A stretch of 64,000 nt of DNA from Eledone cirrhosa. Lineage: Eukaryota. Below, in pieces: positions 13,171 to 29,027 of the stretch (its first letter is position 1; every line of letters starts with the position of its first letter). Both the position numbers and the translations under genes were made by a program. Location of the stretch: the NCBI GenBank assembly GCA_964016885.1, contig OZ024740.1, positions 374,914,001-374,978,000 on the forward strand, in the 5' to 3' direction. The notes under the pieces are model-generated. The model searched no databases. It was not told the DNA's origin and saw nothing but the letters and a program-made list of their open reading frames with translations.

Positions 13171-13938
13171 TTGGCCCGATTGTTCTTTGGAGCACTTGAC
13201 AAATGCTTCCCGAGGGACCACAGATACCACAGGATCTTCAACAGACACACTGTGAAGCTTTCGTGTTCCACCACGAGAAATTTGGCCCAACACATAGCTA
13301 GCATCAACAGAAGTAGGCTTAAAAACCACACACAACCAGAAGATGGCAATACAGACACTCAGCAGAACCATGTGAAAGGAGGGAAGGGGGGACCCAGAGC
13401 CCACCCAAGAAACACAAACAGACCCAAGGACCCCCCACCGAGCATGGGGGAAGACCAACATGTAACACATAATGAGAACCCTAATCTAAGCACGCAGAGG
13501 CCGCCCACCCTCTGCAACTGTAGAAACCCCGAATCATGCCCCCTTGGTAATGAATGTCTCAAGAAGAACATAGTGTACGGTTGTAGGGTTAAAACCCCCA
13601 ACTCCGAACACCTCTACATAGGAGCCACATCAACGAGCTTTAAGGACCGCTGGTACAACCATCGCCATTCATTCAAGAAGGAGGCCAAAAGGAAAAGCAC
13701 AGCTCTCTCCGACCTGATCTGGAAGCTTAAGCTGGACAGGACCCCATACTCTCTGGCCTGGTACATAATCAGGAAAGTACCACCGGATAAAGGGGGATCT
13801 TGCATATGCAAACTATGCCTGAACGAGACCCTCGAGATACTAAGAGGTGGAAGCGGCCTGATAAACCTCAGAACCGACTTCTTCGGGACATGCAGACACC
13901 TTAGAGCCGGGACCTTTCTCAAAATATATGGACAGTAG
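13171..13938 (+). pseudogene. Penelope-like GIY-YIG endonuclease ORF (right arm)
   Basis: Same protein as 11690-12781 with a few substitutions; an upstream 1-bp deletion near 13010 breaks the frame. Confidence 0.88.
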
Positions 13939-15121
13939 CAACACAAGAAGATGTGAACTCCGCTCAAGCTATAGGGACTTCTACAGAACATGAAAACACC
14001 TCTCGGCCAGACCTCCCTCAAGCTATATGGACAATTACAACACCCTAGGTTGTGAACTCCCCTCAAGCCATAGGGAATAACCCAGGCGGAGCAGACACCA
14101 TGATAGCCTAGAGATAGAATCGGACACAGCCATAATAATCTGGCCAACATCTATAACACAAACACTTTTAATTTACCAGATTTCTGACTTTAAAGTTCCA
14201 ATCTTAAATCTTGATTTCTCTTTATTAATTTGTTATTTGTTTTCTGCCCTCTTCACTGTATAACCTTATATTTATTTTAAGTTGAGATAGATTATAACAC
14301 AAACACATTGAATATCTCATCTTAACATCTTGTATCATACCAATCTATCCAACATATTCTGACCTTGAGATTGGTTATAGCACACACACACACACACTTT
14401 ATCCTACATTATTCCTCACTTCTCCATATACATTATCATTACTTTTTCACCAATCTCTCATTTACTCTTTATTCTTTATTCTCTATTTATTTATTTATTT
14501 TCAATTACACAAATTATATTAATTATTTTATTTTATTATATTATTTATTTATCTTCTGTTTTCTTCATTTATTGCCTTATATTTCTTCATATACATGAAA
14601 GAACCCCCCCCCCGCCACCACTACTACGGTGGTGGCGGGTGGGATGAAGAGAAAACACAAACTGAATACTTCTAAATTGTTAGCAGCAGTAAGGTATAAG
14701 CTGACCACTACAACAACAACAGTACCAAAATAATGGTGGAGGTCAAATGTACTGAACAATAGCAGGCATAATCACTACAGGGAGCCTCACCCCAGAAAGA
14801 ATTCTATAGACTTCTGACTGAGGAATGCTCTCAGAACTGAACAATGGGAAGTTTGACACATTTTTTAATATTTTGTTCCTTCAACACCTTGTCCCTTCTA
14901 CCATTTTATCAATTTTTAAGCTAACTCCAACAATGACAACACTAATAACTGACCAATGAGAGGAGAAGTGGACCTGTGACACGAAAATTCGTTTGTTTGA
15001 ATTCATATGACTCCAGTTCCCCAGTGAATTAACAACCCAGCAAGGAACTGGGCATATCAGAGTATTAACAATATCATACACCTAAACAACATATGTACTT
15101 GTCTATACCATACTAATTCAA

Positions 15122-15176
15122 ACTGCCTGAAGAGGTCACAGCCAAAGATGGCTGTCACTGAAATATATATAGCAGT
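15122..15176 (+). ncRNA. Minimal type I hammerhead ribozyme (PLE-associated)
   Basis: ACTGC-CTGAAGA-[GGTCACAGCCA-AAGA-TGGCTGTCACT]-GAAA-TATAT-ATA-GCAGT: stem I ACTGC/GCAGT, core CUGANGA/GAAA, palindromic stem III, AUA triplet; AATAAA follows immediately. Confidence 0.85.
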
Positions 15177-15326
15177 AATAAACGAAGCTAAATTTTAATC
15201 ATTTGACTTTTATTTAACTTTATTTTACACTACTCCGGAGTAACCAAACCAACCTGCGCACTTCGTCGAGTGCTCCAGCCTGCATACTGAGGTGTTGGTA
15301 TACAACCAACATAAACTCAAAATCTC

Positions 15327-18345
<3,019 letters not shown>

Positions 18346-18362
18346 CACCACCATTTATATTT

Positions 18363-18399
<37 letters not shown>

Positions 18400-18438
18400 C
18401 ATATATATTTATACATATATATATATATATATATATTT

Positions 18439-18521
<83 letters not shown>

Positions 18522-18536
18522 CATATATAAATATAC

Positions 18537-18597
<61 letters not shown>
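18346..18597. repeat. (TA)n-rich tract
   Basis: Direct reading. Confidence 0.95.
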
Positions 18598-18600
<3 letters not shown>

Positions 18601-18932
18601 TTAATTATACTATTTATGGTTATGTAAATACAAAAACCTTTTGCAGTTATATATATTTTTATACAAACCCTAAATAGTCTGTAGGCAGTAATATATTACC
18701 ACCTTATTACCAGTAAGTTAAGTAGCTCAATGTAAAAACATGCCACTCTAAATGCTGTAATGAATGTTGACCCACAATATTTGCATATGTATCTGTATGT
18801 CTCTTGGGTGAAAAGGAGGTCATATAAGTGTTCATTCAATAATAAATTGCTCCGAAGAATCCAAACCTCGGTTTGGAGGAAACAGTTGTAAGCATAAAAA
18901 TGTTTTTAACAGTTCTTTGATTCTTATATTTC

Positions 18933-18966
<34 letters not shown>

Positions 18967-20721
18967 ATACATATATAAATATACATATATATATATAAAT
19001 ATACACACATACATACATATATACATACATTTACGTATGTATATAGCTATGCATCGATACCGATACATTTGTATATATACATGCATTTATATTTAAGTGC
19101 GTTGTCATTATTCTTTAGGATATTCCAAAAGGTGAAGTTGCGGGGTGTGAGATTTTGAGTCCATATACTGATTGGGGTGTTTTTTCACTGAGTGGACATC
19201 TAGTAGATTGGGTTCTAATGGCGGTTCCAGCTTTTAGAGCATTGCTGTTTCAATGGTTTCGATTAGTTTAGTTAATGCTAGAGTAATATTCGTCTCTTGG
19301 GTATTTTCTGTTTCTTCGTGGGGTCCTTTTTTATAGATGTGTATTTGGTCCACTTTGTTGGTCAAAAGTGAGAGTTAAGAGGAAATTTCTTTGAGTTCAT
19401 TTAAGATGTTCTGGTACAGTGAGTTTTTTTGTTGAGACTGGTGGCATTTTCGGTCTTCGTGTGGTGGGTATGTATTAGAAAGTGAGGTTTTTTACAAAAT
19501 TAAAATTAACCGAGGTGTCCTACACGCGTGAAAATATAAAGAAAAAAAGATGAAATCGAAAATGCAACTGGAGTCTTATTTAAAAAAATATATATATATT
19601 TATTAGGTTCCTTTACCGGTTTCGCAGTTCTTCTGCTTTTCCAAAGTAGAGTTGAGATGGAGGGTCTGTGGTTTTTCTCACATCTGGTTTGTCTTTGAAT
19701 GTTACTTGTTTTATATGGAAAAAAGTGGCTCAAAACGCCAGGTTTTTAGAGAAGTAATTTGATTGGTTGGTCAATAAGTATAATAAATTTCGCGCCAGTT
19801 CGCGTTACAAAGTTCTTCAAACAAGGATGGGGGAGGGGGCTCAGGTTGTTTTTTTCATATATGAGTGTTTGAATTACGTTTTACTTAAAAAAAGTGGCTC
19901 ACGAAGGCTTTTTTTTATTTTTTAATGTAACTTGATTGGTTATAAATGAAATTATGGCTGTCACGTGAACAAGTTCATTAAATTTGCGTCCGTATTTGGG
20001 CTACGTTTTGTAGCCTTTTAGAGAATGTTATGACAATAAAGAAGGTGGTTCCCGAAGGCTTTTTTTTTAAATGCAATTTGATTGGTTATAAATGAAATTA
20101 TGATTGTCAAGTGAGCAAGTTCCGCGCCCGTATTTGGGAATTTATTTTGAAGCCTTTTAGAGAGTTTTATGACAAGCAAATAAATGGTCAAGAGAAATGG
20201 GATGGGAGGATTGTTCTGGTTCAGTGAATATGGCTAGTTGGCTGGGGGGTCAGAGTTCAGATTTTCTATTGAAATAAAGAAAGTAGACATATGTATGTTT
20301 ATTTGTGTGTGTGTGTATAGGAAGATGATTATATTGGTAGAAATGGGGGAGGGAGTTGTGTGTGTATATGGGTGTTATGTGTGTGTGTGTGTGAGAGTAT
20401 GTTAAGATGAAGAGAATATATATTTTGTGTGCGTGTGTGTAGGAAAAAATTCCGTTAGTAGAAATATTTTTGAATGAACATATTTTCCTTACTTATTCGT
20501 ATTTGTTCTGTTGTATTGTCAGCGCAAACGTATTTTAAGATTTATTTAGTTCGGGTTTTTTTATTTTCTAAAGTAGGTGTTATGCGTGTGTGTATGTGTC
20601 TGTTTGGATGGTTAGCATTTTATGGTGTTGACATAATATATATTAAACCATATTTAATGGTGTTCTATATTTTTGAATAAACATATTTTCATTATTTATT
20701 CGTATTTATTCTCTCTGTCTG

Positions 20722-20759
<38 letters not shown>

Positions 20760-23254
20760 CAATACATTAACAAATGGAAACTATATTTATAAAACCATAT
20801 TTATTTCATAATACACCAGAGGAAACTAGGGTACCCTTTCATCAGATAAAATATAATATAGGTTAGTTTTATCGCAACAAATTAAATATAATTCGTTTGC
20901 AATTATGCAAACAGTCTCTTTATAAGCCATCTCAGTAGAATGAGCCCATCATTCTGGCTCTTGTGTTGGCATGCAAATAGTGATAAAGCCCCATTAATAA
21001 TAGATGTGTCAATGAATTATAAACCATGCTTTGACTCTATCCCTTAATTTCGCTTAATCCTTCAGAGACCTCATACAAACATTTCAGAATAATAATATCC
21101 AGGAAAAATCATACAAATATCAGGAGACATCCATGGTATCTGAAGAATAACACATGACCAGACTGTTATATGTACATGCTGATTTTAAATATCAACAGCG
21201 TCAATGCATAACAAAAAGTGATATATAGTGATAGGCCTCTTACGGGAGTAATTTTAATATTTTTATACGATATATGAGAATAACAGACATACGTATAATA
21301 TTAAACTAGTAAATTACACAATATATTACATTTGTCCGCGATCGTTATCTAGAATCACACTCCACAGTGATAAATCCATGGAACTATTTGAGCTTTGGTC
21401 GTGAGGGATTGCAGTACATGTCTCTGTCCTTGTGTTCTGAATTCGCTTCCCTCTTCATGGTGGTAAACACCGTATGTCTTTGGTTATGTTCTTCGCGGAC
21501 AACACCGCTGGTCTTTTGTAGAGAGTCAAACAATCCACCTGGATGTTCGTGTTCTCACGAGATATATAGAGTGTTGTGATTAACGAAAATATCTTAAACC
21601 ACCCACTTCATACATATAACGAATAGGTGATTGATACATTAAACATTAGTAGGAAAACTAGCTTATAATTTAAATGGTCACATTCGAGTACTTAATACAT
21701 ACATAGGAGATTGCTGCGCATAAGAAAACATATCCCACACAACATCCAATGTATGCCTATTTCATTAAATAACATCACTAGAGACAGAGATACAGTTACT
21801 AAATTATTCTGGTTTCTATACGTATACATACGTTTTTTGGTTCGCTTATTTATTGATATTGGAATGTTTGGATAAGCGATTAATATTTCGTATCCTTCAA
21901 ATGAATGTTTTATTTGTATAATTAAAATATATGAAAATATAGCATTTTATTGAATTCCGTTATACACAAATATGTTCTTTCTTGTAACATTGTAAATATA
22001 GGTATAATGTACTGATTAAAAATTGTGTGTAAAAATGCTCATACAGACGACGGTGGAGTGCGGGATTTATCTACAATCGATGTTATCTTTATATTGCCAT
22101 CGCAAATGATATACATGCAAATCTATTTAAGGGAACCTTTCATATAAATATAATTTTATATTCAGCCCAATTTACGCACACACACTTTCACCCAGATATA
22201 TACGTTTATATATCATTTCTATATATTGTTAACTGTGGGGTTGTTATTTCAACAGCCCGAGTCAATCAACTTTGGTTGCACTAGGATAAAGCACTCGACG
22301 ACATAAACTAATCTAAGTACGTTTTGGTAGTCCAAGGTGGCGTATACACACAAAAACTATTGGCAGAAGCCATATGAAGCTCCGCAGAATTGTATTCAGC
22401 TATTATATATATATGTATTTGCCATCAATGATTAGGTGATGTTTCAGTGGTGTGTAAAATAAGCCAAGTGATATGTTCGCCATATCCATCTGGATTGATT
22501 TCCGGAATACATTCTTTCTTATAAGTGTTCGAGGAGGAGAGGGGCAATTAGGTGATCTAATCGTTAGGGCCAAGGTGATTACAGAAAAGCAGGATAATGG
22601 AGACAATTATAATAACATTAATAAAGCGGACTAACTTTTGTTCATAGAATTAGACGTACAGATGAGGTACATAAGTGTTATGATCAGTGGCTTATCCAGT
22701 AGAGAAAACAACCGTTTTTAAAAAGGTGTATCCAATAACCTCAGTCCGGTTATTTAAGCATCACTTATTGCATGATAGGTTTCTCAGAACACATCTCCTG
22801 TGTATATATAACAGCACATCGAGCCATTTATGTAGGGTTTCAATATGTTTAGGCTCCTCTATATAATAGAGAAATATGTGGTGGTATCTTGGATATTAAA
22901 CACATGTCTTGCGAATTGTGTTTAATTTCGTTTATTGCCGCTAAGACATCAGGGACACCAAACGTTGTGCCCGATACAGTGTGTTGTATCCGATATAGAG
23001 ATACGTATAATGGAACATTTGGCTTGTTGTCGGACTGCTATGATCATGGTCCAAACTACGACGAGCATATCAAATATAACAACAACAAAAAACAACACAG
23101 TACAAATAACTCCTGCCTGATGATGACACGTCAGAAGTGTATTAGGACACGCGTCATTGATTGCTTGTGTCAGTTTACACTGTAGTAGGTCATTTATTTG
23201 ATGAAACACCGTTCCATTATTTGAATAATTATATTATGTTTATATATATATAAT

Positions 23255-23433
23255 TGTTTCTACTTTAGGCACAAGGCCAGAAATTTACCAGTACATTACT
23301 GGTACTTTATTTTATCGACCCCGTAAGGATGAAAGGCAAAGTTAACCTCGGCGGGATTTAAACTCAGACTATAAAGGGACGTAACTATGCTAGAAAGTAT
23401 GGCGTCCAACCCTCTACCGATACTGCCAATTCA
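23255..23433 (-). mobile_element. tRNA-derived SINE with Deu/Nin-like core
   Basis: Reverse complement aligns with 61281-61455. Confidence 0.8.
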
Positions 23434-24299
23434 CCTTAAAATTTAGCTTCGATCATAGATGTATACACAGATGTATTTAATTTTCGTATTTCTAAAGAAA
23501 TACGGTATGTTTATAAATAATCATTTAGAAAGCAATGGCCATGAAAAGCACTGACACCGGGAAAGAGCGTCCTAGCGAGAACCAGTTGAGTTGGAAATGC
23601 ACCGACGATTGCCCCCTCCCATTGCTTCTGCCGGACAACGCTTGTAAATTAATGAAATATTTTCTCCATTCGAAAATCTTACTTGGCTAGTAATAGTTTA
23701 TATATAACTAAACAATACTAACCAACAATGAGATTATAACATTAAAAACAATCTGCAAAACAAACAAATTAGGAAATATATTCCAATCAGTTCAAAATCG
23801 TTAACAGCTACATAATATTTAGATATAAACAAGCATCCACAAATTAAAGTAAATATGAAAAATACTTAAGCAATTTTGAAAATGTGACTACGGCAATATG
23901 CAACGCTGCGAAAGAGTTGAGAAATAAAATGAATACATATTTGTTATGAACTAGGAAATTCTATCCCATGAAAATACCTCAATGAAAAAATGGCAACAAT
24001 TATCTACAGAATAGGTAAAACTGTTTTCGCATGTTTAATATAAAAAATAAGCACAAACATGAATATCATCTCGATGAGAAGATAGTATGGGACAGCTCCA
24101 TTCATGTTGCCGTTTCTTGGCAAACTGATGATGAATGGTTTTTGTGTGCCATATACTTTTTTTTAGAAAAGTGTATGATGGGGAGCTTCAAACTGAAAGG
24201 GAAAAAAACTGTATTATGTATAGAGCTATACGTCTGCGCATATGTATGCGTGTGTCTGTCATACGTCTGTGCGCATCCAAGTGGATATATGTAAATAAC

Positions 24300-25992
24300 A
24301 GTGTGTGTGCTTGTAAGTAGGAAGCCGTGAGCAGAAGTATGTTAATATAAGTGTGTGAGTTTAGGGGGGGGGTACAATGAAGGGAAAAGTAGAGGTGTGT
24401 GTGCGTCTTTAGTTGGTCAGTATCAACCAAAGGAAGTAAAATGTAGATGAAAAATAGATAAATTACTATATAGGTAAGAAAATACTAAAGTGTGTATAAG
24501 TATTGTATTGTGTTTACAATTATTAACTGCTTCTGCTAAAGAAGTGGTATTAGCTAATTTCATGTTTCGGAAACTGTCGGTGTGTGCATAAAATCTCGAT
24601 TTAAACGGATTAGAAGTGGATCCAATATTGGATTGATTAGAGTCCTTAGTGGTGATTATACATTTATATACTATATTATTAATTAAGCAATTTCCATTTA
24701 AGGGGCAATTATCTTTTACTCTACAATTACATGTGATATCCATATTCCCAATAATAGTGCTAGTATTTGTATTTACCTTTTTATATGGGAGAGAAGGGTT
24801 TACGGCTGGGTTGTCACGGTCCGAAGGGTTGTTAGTTGGTGAAATTATACTGGATATAGCGATTATAGAATCATGGTTGTTTTGTAAGTTATTGGTTAGA
24901 TTGGGTATATAGTTCTTAGTCCCTATTAAGGATGAGGAAGATGGTAGTTGGTTGTAGGTTGATGTATTGTGTTGGTGAGTTCAGTGAGCGGATGTAACTG
25001 GTCGATATGTAATAATATTCTGGTTATGTGTTGTAGTATTTCCATAGTTATCTTGTGTGTGGTGTACTATTGTGTGTGGTATACATGGAGCTTTTTAACA
25101 TTTATAGATGTTATATGCACTTATTTTTGGTTTCATATTGCTAGATGTGGAGTAAGAAAATGTTTCGGTATATCTGTTTAAGATTTGATGGTATTTATGT
25201 TTATGTGCGAAATATTTACCAAGAATTGTAAAAAATGTTTTAAGGATTTGGCCCAGAGTCTGCAAGTTAAATGGAGCGTTATACCGTGTTACGTTTATTT
25301 TATGGTTTCTAATTGGTTTCCTCTTATTATATTGGGTATGTATAGAAATTTGAGGGTAGATATTGTTATCAGATGATACTATAATGTTGTGATTGTTATT
25401 ATGGGTGTGAACTAATTGTCTAGTAGAATTTTGAATTGTATTAGTTTTTAATTTATAGCTTTTTGTTTGATTTATAGAGGATATTGTGAGTTTAATTAAT
25501 GGAGCCTTATTGATAGGACCTGGAATTTTGGTATTATTTTTGTTATTTACAGTAGTTCGGATATGTTTCCCTGGTTTTTTTGGATTGTAAGGATGCAGTT
25601 TGGTTAGGTTGAGGGTTCAATGAAATAGGTAATATATCATTAGGTTTATTATGAGAATTAAGATATAAGATGTTATTATTAACTGCTCTTTTTTAAAGAT
25701 TAGTGGGGGTAGGTGTTTTCGTATGGTTAGTAGTAATATTATTAAGTAGGTTATAGAAATGTTCAGAAGCGTTAGGATTGATCATTTTTAGAGAATTTGT
25801 GTCATTCGTGTTAATGCGGGTAATAGGAGTAATGGTAGGATCTAGGCACTAACTCTTTGGTGTTTTTTTATGGTGTTTGTTGCTTATGCTTGGTTGTATG
25901 TGGGAGTTATTTATGGTGTTAGGTATGTAAAATATTTTATCCTTGTAGCCACTTCTAGCTAAAGCCTCATTATAATAAGGTGCATTTTTATA
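24300..25992 (-). mobile_element. Degenerate Penelope-like element, second family (thumb/linker + GIY-YIG relic)
   Basis: CNCRVKDNCPLNGNC..IVYKC..IGSTS..FKSRFYAH at 24423-24743; PYYNEALARSGY at ~25940-25990. Confidence 0.75.
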
Positions 25993-26627
25993 GAAACCGT
26001 CCTGCATGCACTCGTCCAGTGTCCGAGCATTGCTGACTGGTGGGTTTATGTCGAACACCTGCTGTCGCGTGTAGAACGGTTCCTACTATCAGCTGAGTCC
26101 ATCGTGAAGATTGCCCCGCCCTCTTCTTTTAGTCGGGAAGGGCAGGCAGTTTTTCTCTGTCTGTTGGCCATGGCGAAAGAGGTAGTATGATGGACGCGTC
26201 TGAAAGGGCTGAAGACGAGCACTTACCTCTGATTAACCTTTTCAAATTTCCTTTGAAAAGGAGAATCAGGATAGAGAGAGAAGTGCTCTCTTCCCAGATT
26301 TTTGTTGAAAGCTGGGTGAGAGAAGCAAGAATGGCCCGAGTGAGTGAACCTACTCTGAGTATATGCCTGTAAATTGAAGGTAGAAAACTAGGAGAGGACA
26401 ATTGCCCTGGTGATCAGGGTCACCGTGGCCTTTTTAATGGGATTTCTCCACGATGGCCCTCGGAAGTCTCTCCCCTATTGGGGAATTTTTCATTGTTCTA
26501 TTATTACATCCTGTGTTTTTTTTTTTGTTTTTTACACGCAGAAATGCCCATGTGTACCGACCTGTATTGTCCTGTACTGTTTTAATGTCTACTTAGTGGG
26601 AAGACTTGTGGTTAATAAAGAAAGCAT

Positions 26628-26659
<32 letters not shown>

Positions 26660-26661
26660 TT
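25993..26661 (+). mobile_element. Tx1 copy C, 5'-truncated 3' fragment with (ATT)n tail
   Basis: Aligns to 39317-39989; AATAAA then (ATT)n at ~26627-26661. Confidence 0.9.
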
Positions 26662-26876
26662 GAATGCTATGTTTGACGGAGGCTCGGCTCTGTAAGGTAT
26701 TGTAAATTTTGACCGCTATAACAATTGTAAATAGTTTAAAACTGTAACCAACTTGTAGGCAAAAACACCCTCCTCCTAGTGAGATGGGTCTTTCTGCCCG
26801 TTATTTGGCCCTTCGGGGTTAAATAACAGCTTATTGGGGTTTTGTGACCAATATTTATTTTAAACAAAAAAACAAC

Positions 26877-28992
26877 ATGGCTACGAAAAAGAATTTTACT
26901 AGGTCACTCCCACTTATTCCGTCTTCTTCTTCCTCAATCGTCACTACAACAGAGAGAAGATTGTCTCTCTCCCTCTCGTCTTTAAATGTGTCTCTCTCCC
27001 TCCCTTCTCTTTCGCAAGCGACGACAGAAAAGAAAAGTCTCGTGCAAAGCGTGCAAGATTTCTACACGACCAGACGACAACGACGAGACGACAACGACGA
27101 AACAGGTGTGCGGGAAATACGAAAACCCATTTCATTCGTCTGACGTCAGGAATAATATCAGTAGCAGCCGTAATAGCAACAGCAACAGTGACAATGAAAA
27201 CAACAGTAGCAGCCGCAACATCATCAGCAGCAGCATAAACAACAACAGCATTAACAGCAGCAACAACAACAACAACCACAGCAACAGCGGCAGCGGCAGT
27301 TAGTACCTGCAGATAAAACAAAAGTAACAGCGGCTCTGACGACAACAACAACAACAACATCAGCAAAGAAAAACCAATCTCGTTTGCAGGTATCGCAAAG
27401 AACCTGGAAACGATCCTCATAACAAATGAGGAATTAGAGGAAGCGAAGAACATGGTGACAAAAACTGGACACCGACCAATCTGCAAGGCAGCGGAAACAT
27501 TTTTCGAAACCCAACAGCACTGTACGGTCACGTACCGTACAGTAAGTACAAAATCCCGTAGGGTTGAAAGAGCCACAGAGGCTCAAATAAGACTTTGGGT
27601 CTGTTTGGCAGCGGAAAACGCACATCACCCGAGGCAAGAAATATGCCACCGTAGACGTACTTTTTGCCACACCCCGGGAGGCAAAGGATCAATCCGTAGT
27701 GACCCTAAGGAGCGAGGAAATGGTGTTGGTGCTCTCCTACTGCGGGCAAAAAATTGCGAGGGTCAAACTGACCCACATCCCCCACGGGATGACCCCTTCT
27801 TGGCTGGCCGCGTCTGTCCTCGTCGGAATCGAGGATAAAACAACTGTACTGCAAGTACAGAAAAAAGTAAGAGAAGATTGGTTCGACACCTCCATTGAGA
27901 TGTTAATCCAAACCAACCAGGAGTGCATCGAAGCTATCGCGGGTGTGATAGACTTCGATAACGGCACTCAATTGCCCATAAGTGTTGAGGGCAAACGCCC
28001 GAAATGCTTTCGCTGTGGATCGAAGACTCACCTCAGGGCCTTCTGTAACGAGAAGACCCTGAGAAAGGAGAAAACCCCCCTCCTTCCGAAACCGGCTCCA
28101 CGGCTACCAGCAACAGGACAAGCGGCAACCAGGAACGATAGGTCCGTGGCACCCATACCCACGCCACGGAAATTAAAAACAGCAGCAGCAGTGGAAGTAT
28201 TAGCAACAACAACAGCAATACCAAATACAGCTGCAACAGAGACTCCAGTGCAAACATCACCAACAACAACAAGTGAAAGAGTGGAGCTGGTACCCCTGCC
28301 CGACCTCACAGAATCAGACATGGAGTGTGAGGTGGGAGAGGGATGGCAAAAGGTCGTAAGAAGGCACAAACGCAGAAGCAGCGTATCGTCGCCTTCGAAA
28401 AGGGAGGAAAGAAATGAAAAAAGGGTAAAGGCTACTGCAAATAGACTCACAGCAGCAACACCACCAACACCATCACCACCCACACTAGCACCACCATCAC
28501 CACCGGAGACAACCCCACCGCCAACAACAACAACACATTCAACACCACCACCACAAGCACCAACATCGCAAACACAACAACAACAGACACACACCCAGCA
28601 ACAACGACAAGAAAATAGCAGAACCACACCCCACCCCCAGAAAAACAAATGCACAGCAATAAATACACACAACAAGAAACTAATGACTTACATAATTGAA
28701 CACACAGACATTTCACAACACGACTACATAATACCAGCACCAATCAAAACGCCAACTAACATAAGACTGCTAAAAATAGCACAGAAACAATACACGAACA
28801 TGAAAACGAAATTCCCCAACGCAGTTGGTGATTTCAGAGATCTAGGAGGGACTCTCAATCGAAGAGTATATTCGGACATACTCATAGAAGAGACGATAAC
28901 AAGCAGAAGGGACGATTCAACGGTCCCTTCACTAGACGATCAAGTGAAAAGGGATGGAAAAAATCATCCCTCCTCTACGAAAAGTACGGTAA
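26877..28992 (+). pseudogene. ORF1 of copy D (CCHC zinc knuckle, Ser/Asn-rich and Pro/Thr-rich segments)
   Basis: CFRCGSKTHLRAFC = CX2CX4HX4C; frameshifts in the 5' half. Confidence 0.88.
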
Positions 28993-29027
28993 GTGGTCTT
29001 TCCCATCTTTTCCACTCTGTTTTAAAC

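Larger units (their letters stand above)
12786..15326 (+). mobile_element. Penelope-like element, right arm: short N-terminal ORF fragment joined to the GIY-YIG half; full hammerhead, AATAAA and ~150 bp tail
   Basis: 12790-12926 encodes RSRRNPP..LMEEFENEMINIISNLKF..SQEYL, resembling the pre-RT N-terminal region of PLEs; 12927 onward mirrors the left arm; ends in (TA)n. Confidence 0.88.

Noticed and set aside
11690-15326. Selenocysteine/SECIS recoding as described for some Naiad PLEs
   Set aside because: No in-frame TGA in the GIY-YIG ORF; all expected positions are Cys and no SECIS was recognised.
22403-22606. Possible minus-strand exon
   Set aside because: Acceptor is plausible, but there is no canonical donor and no recognisable protein motif.
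23117-23150. CTGATGA-TGAC-AC-GTCA-GAAG hammerhead-like string
   Set aside because: 2-nt loop, GAAG instead of GAAA and poor stem I; compatible with chance.
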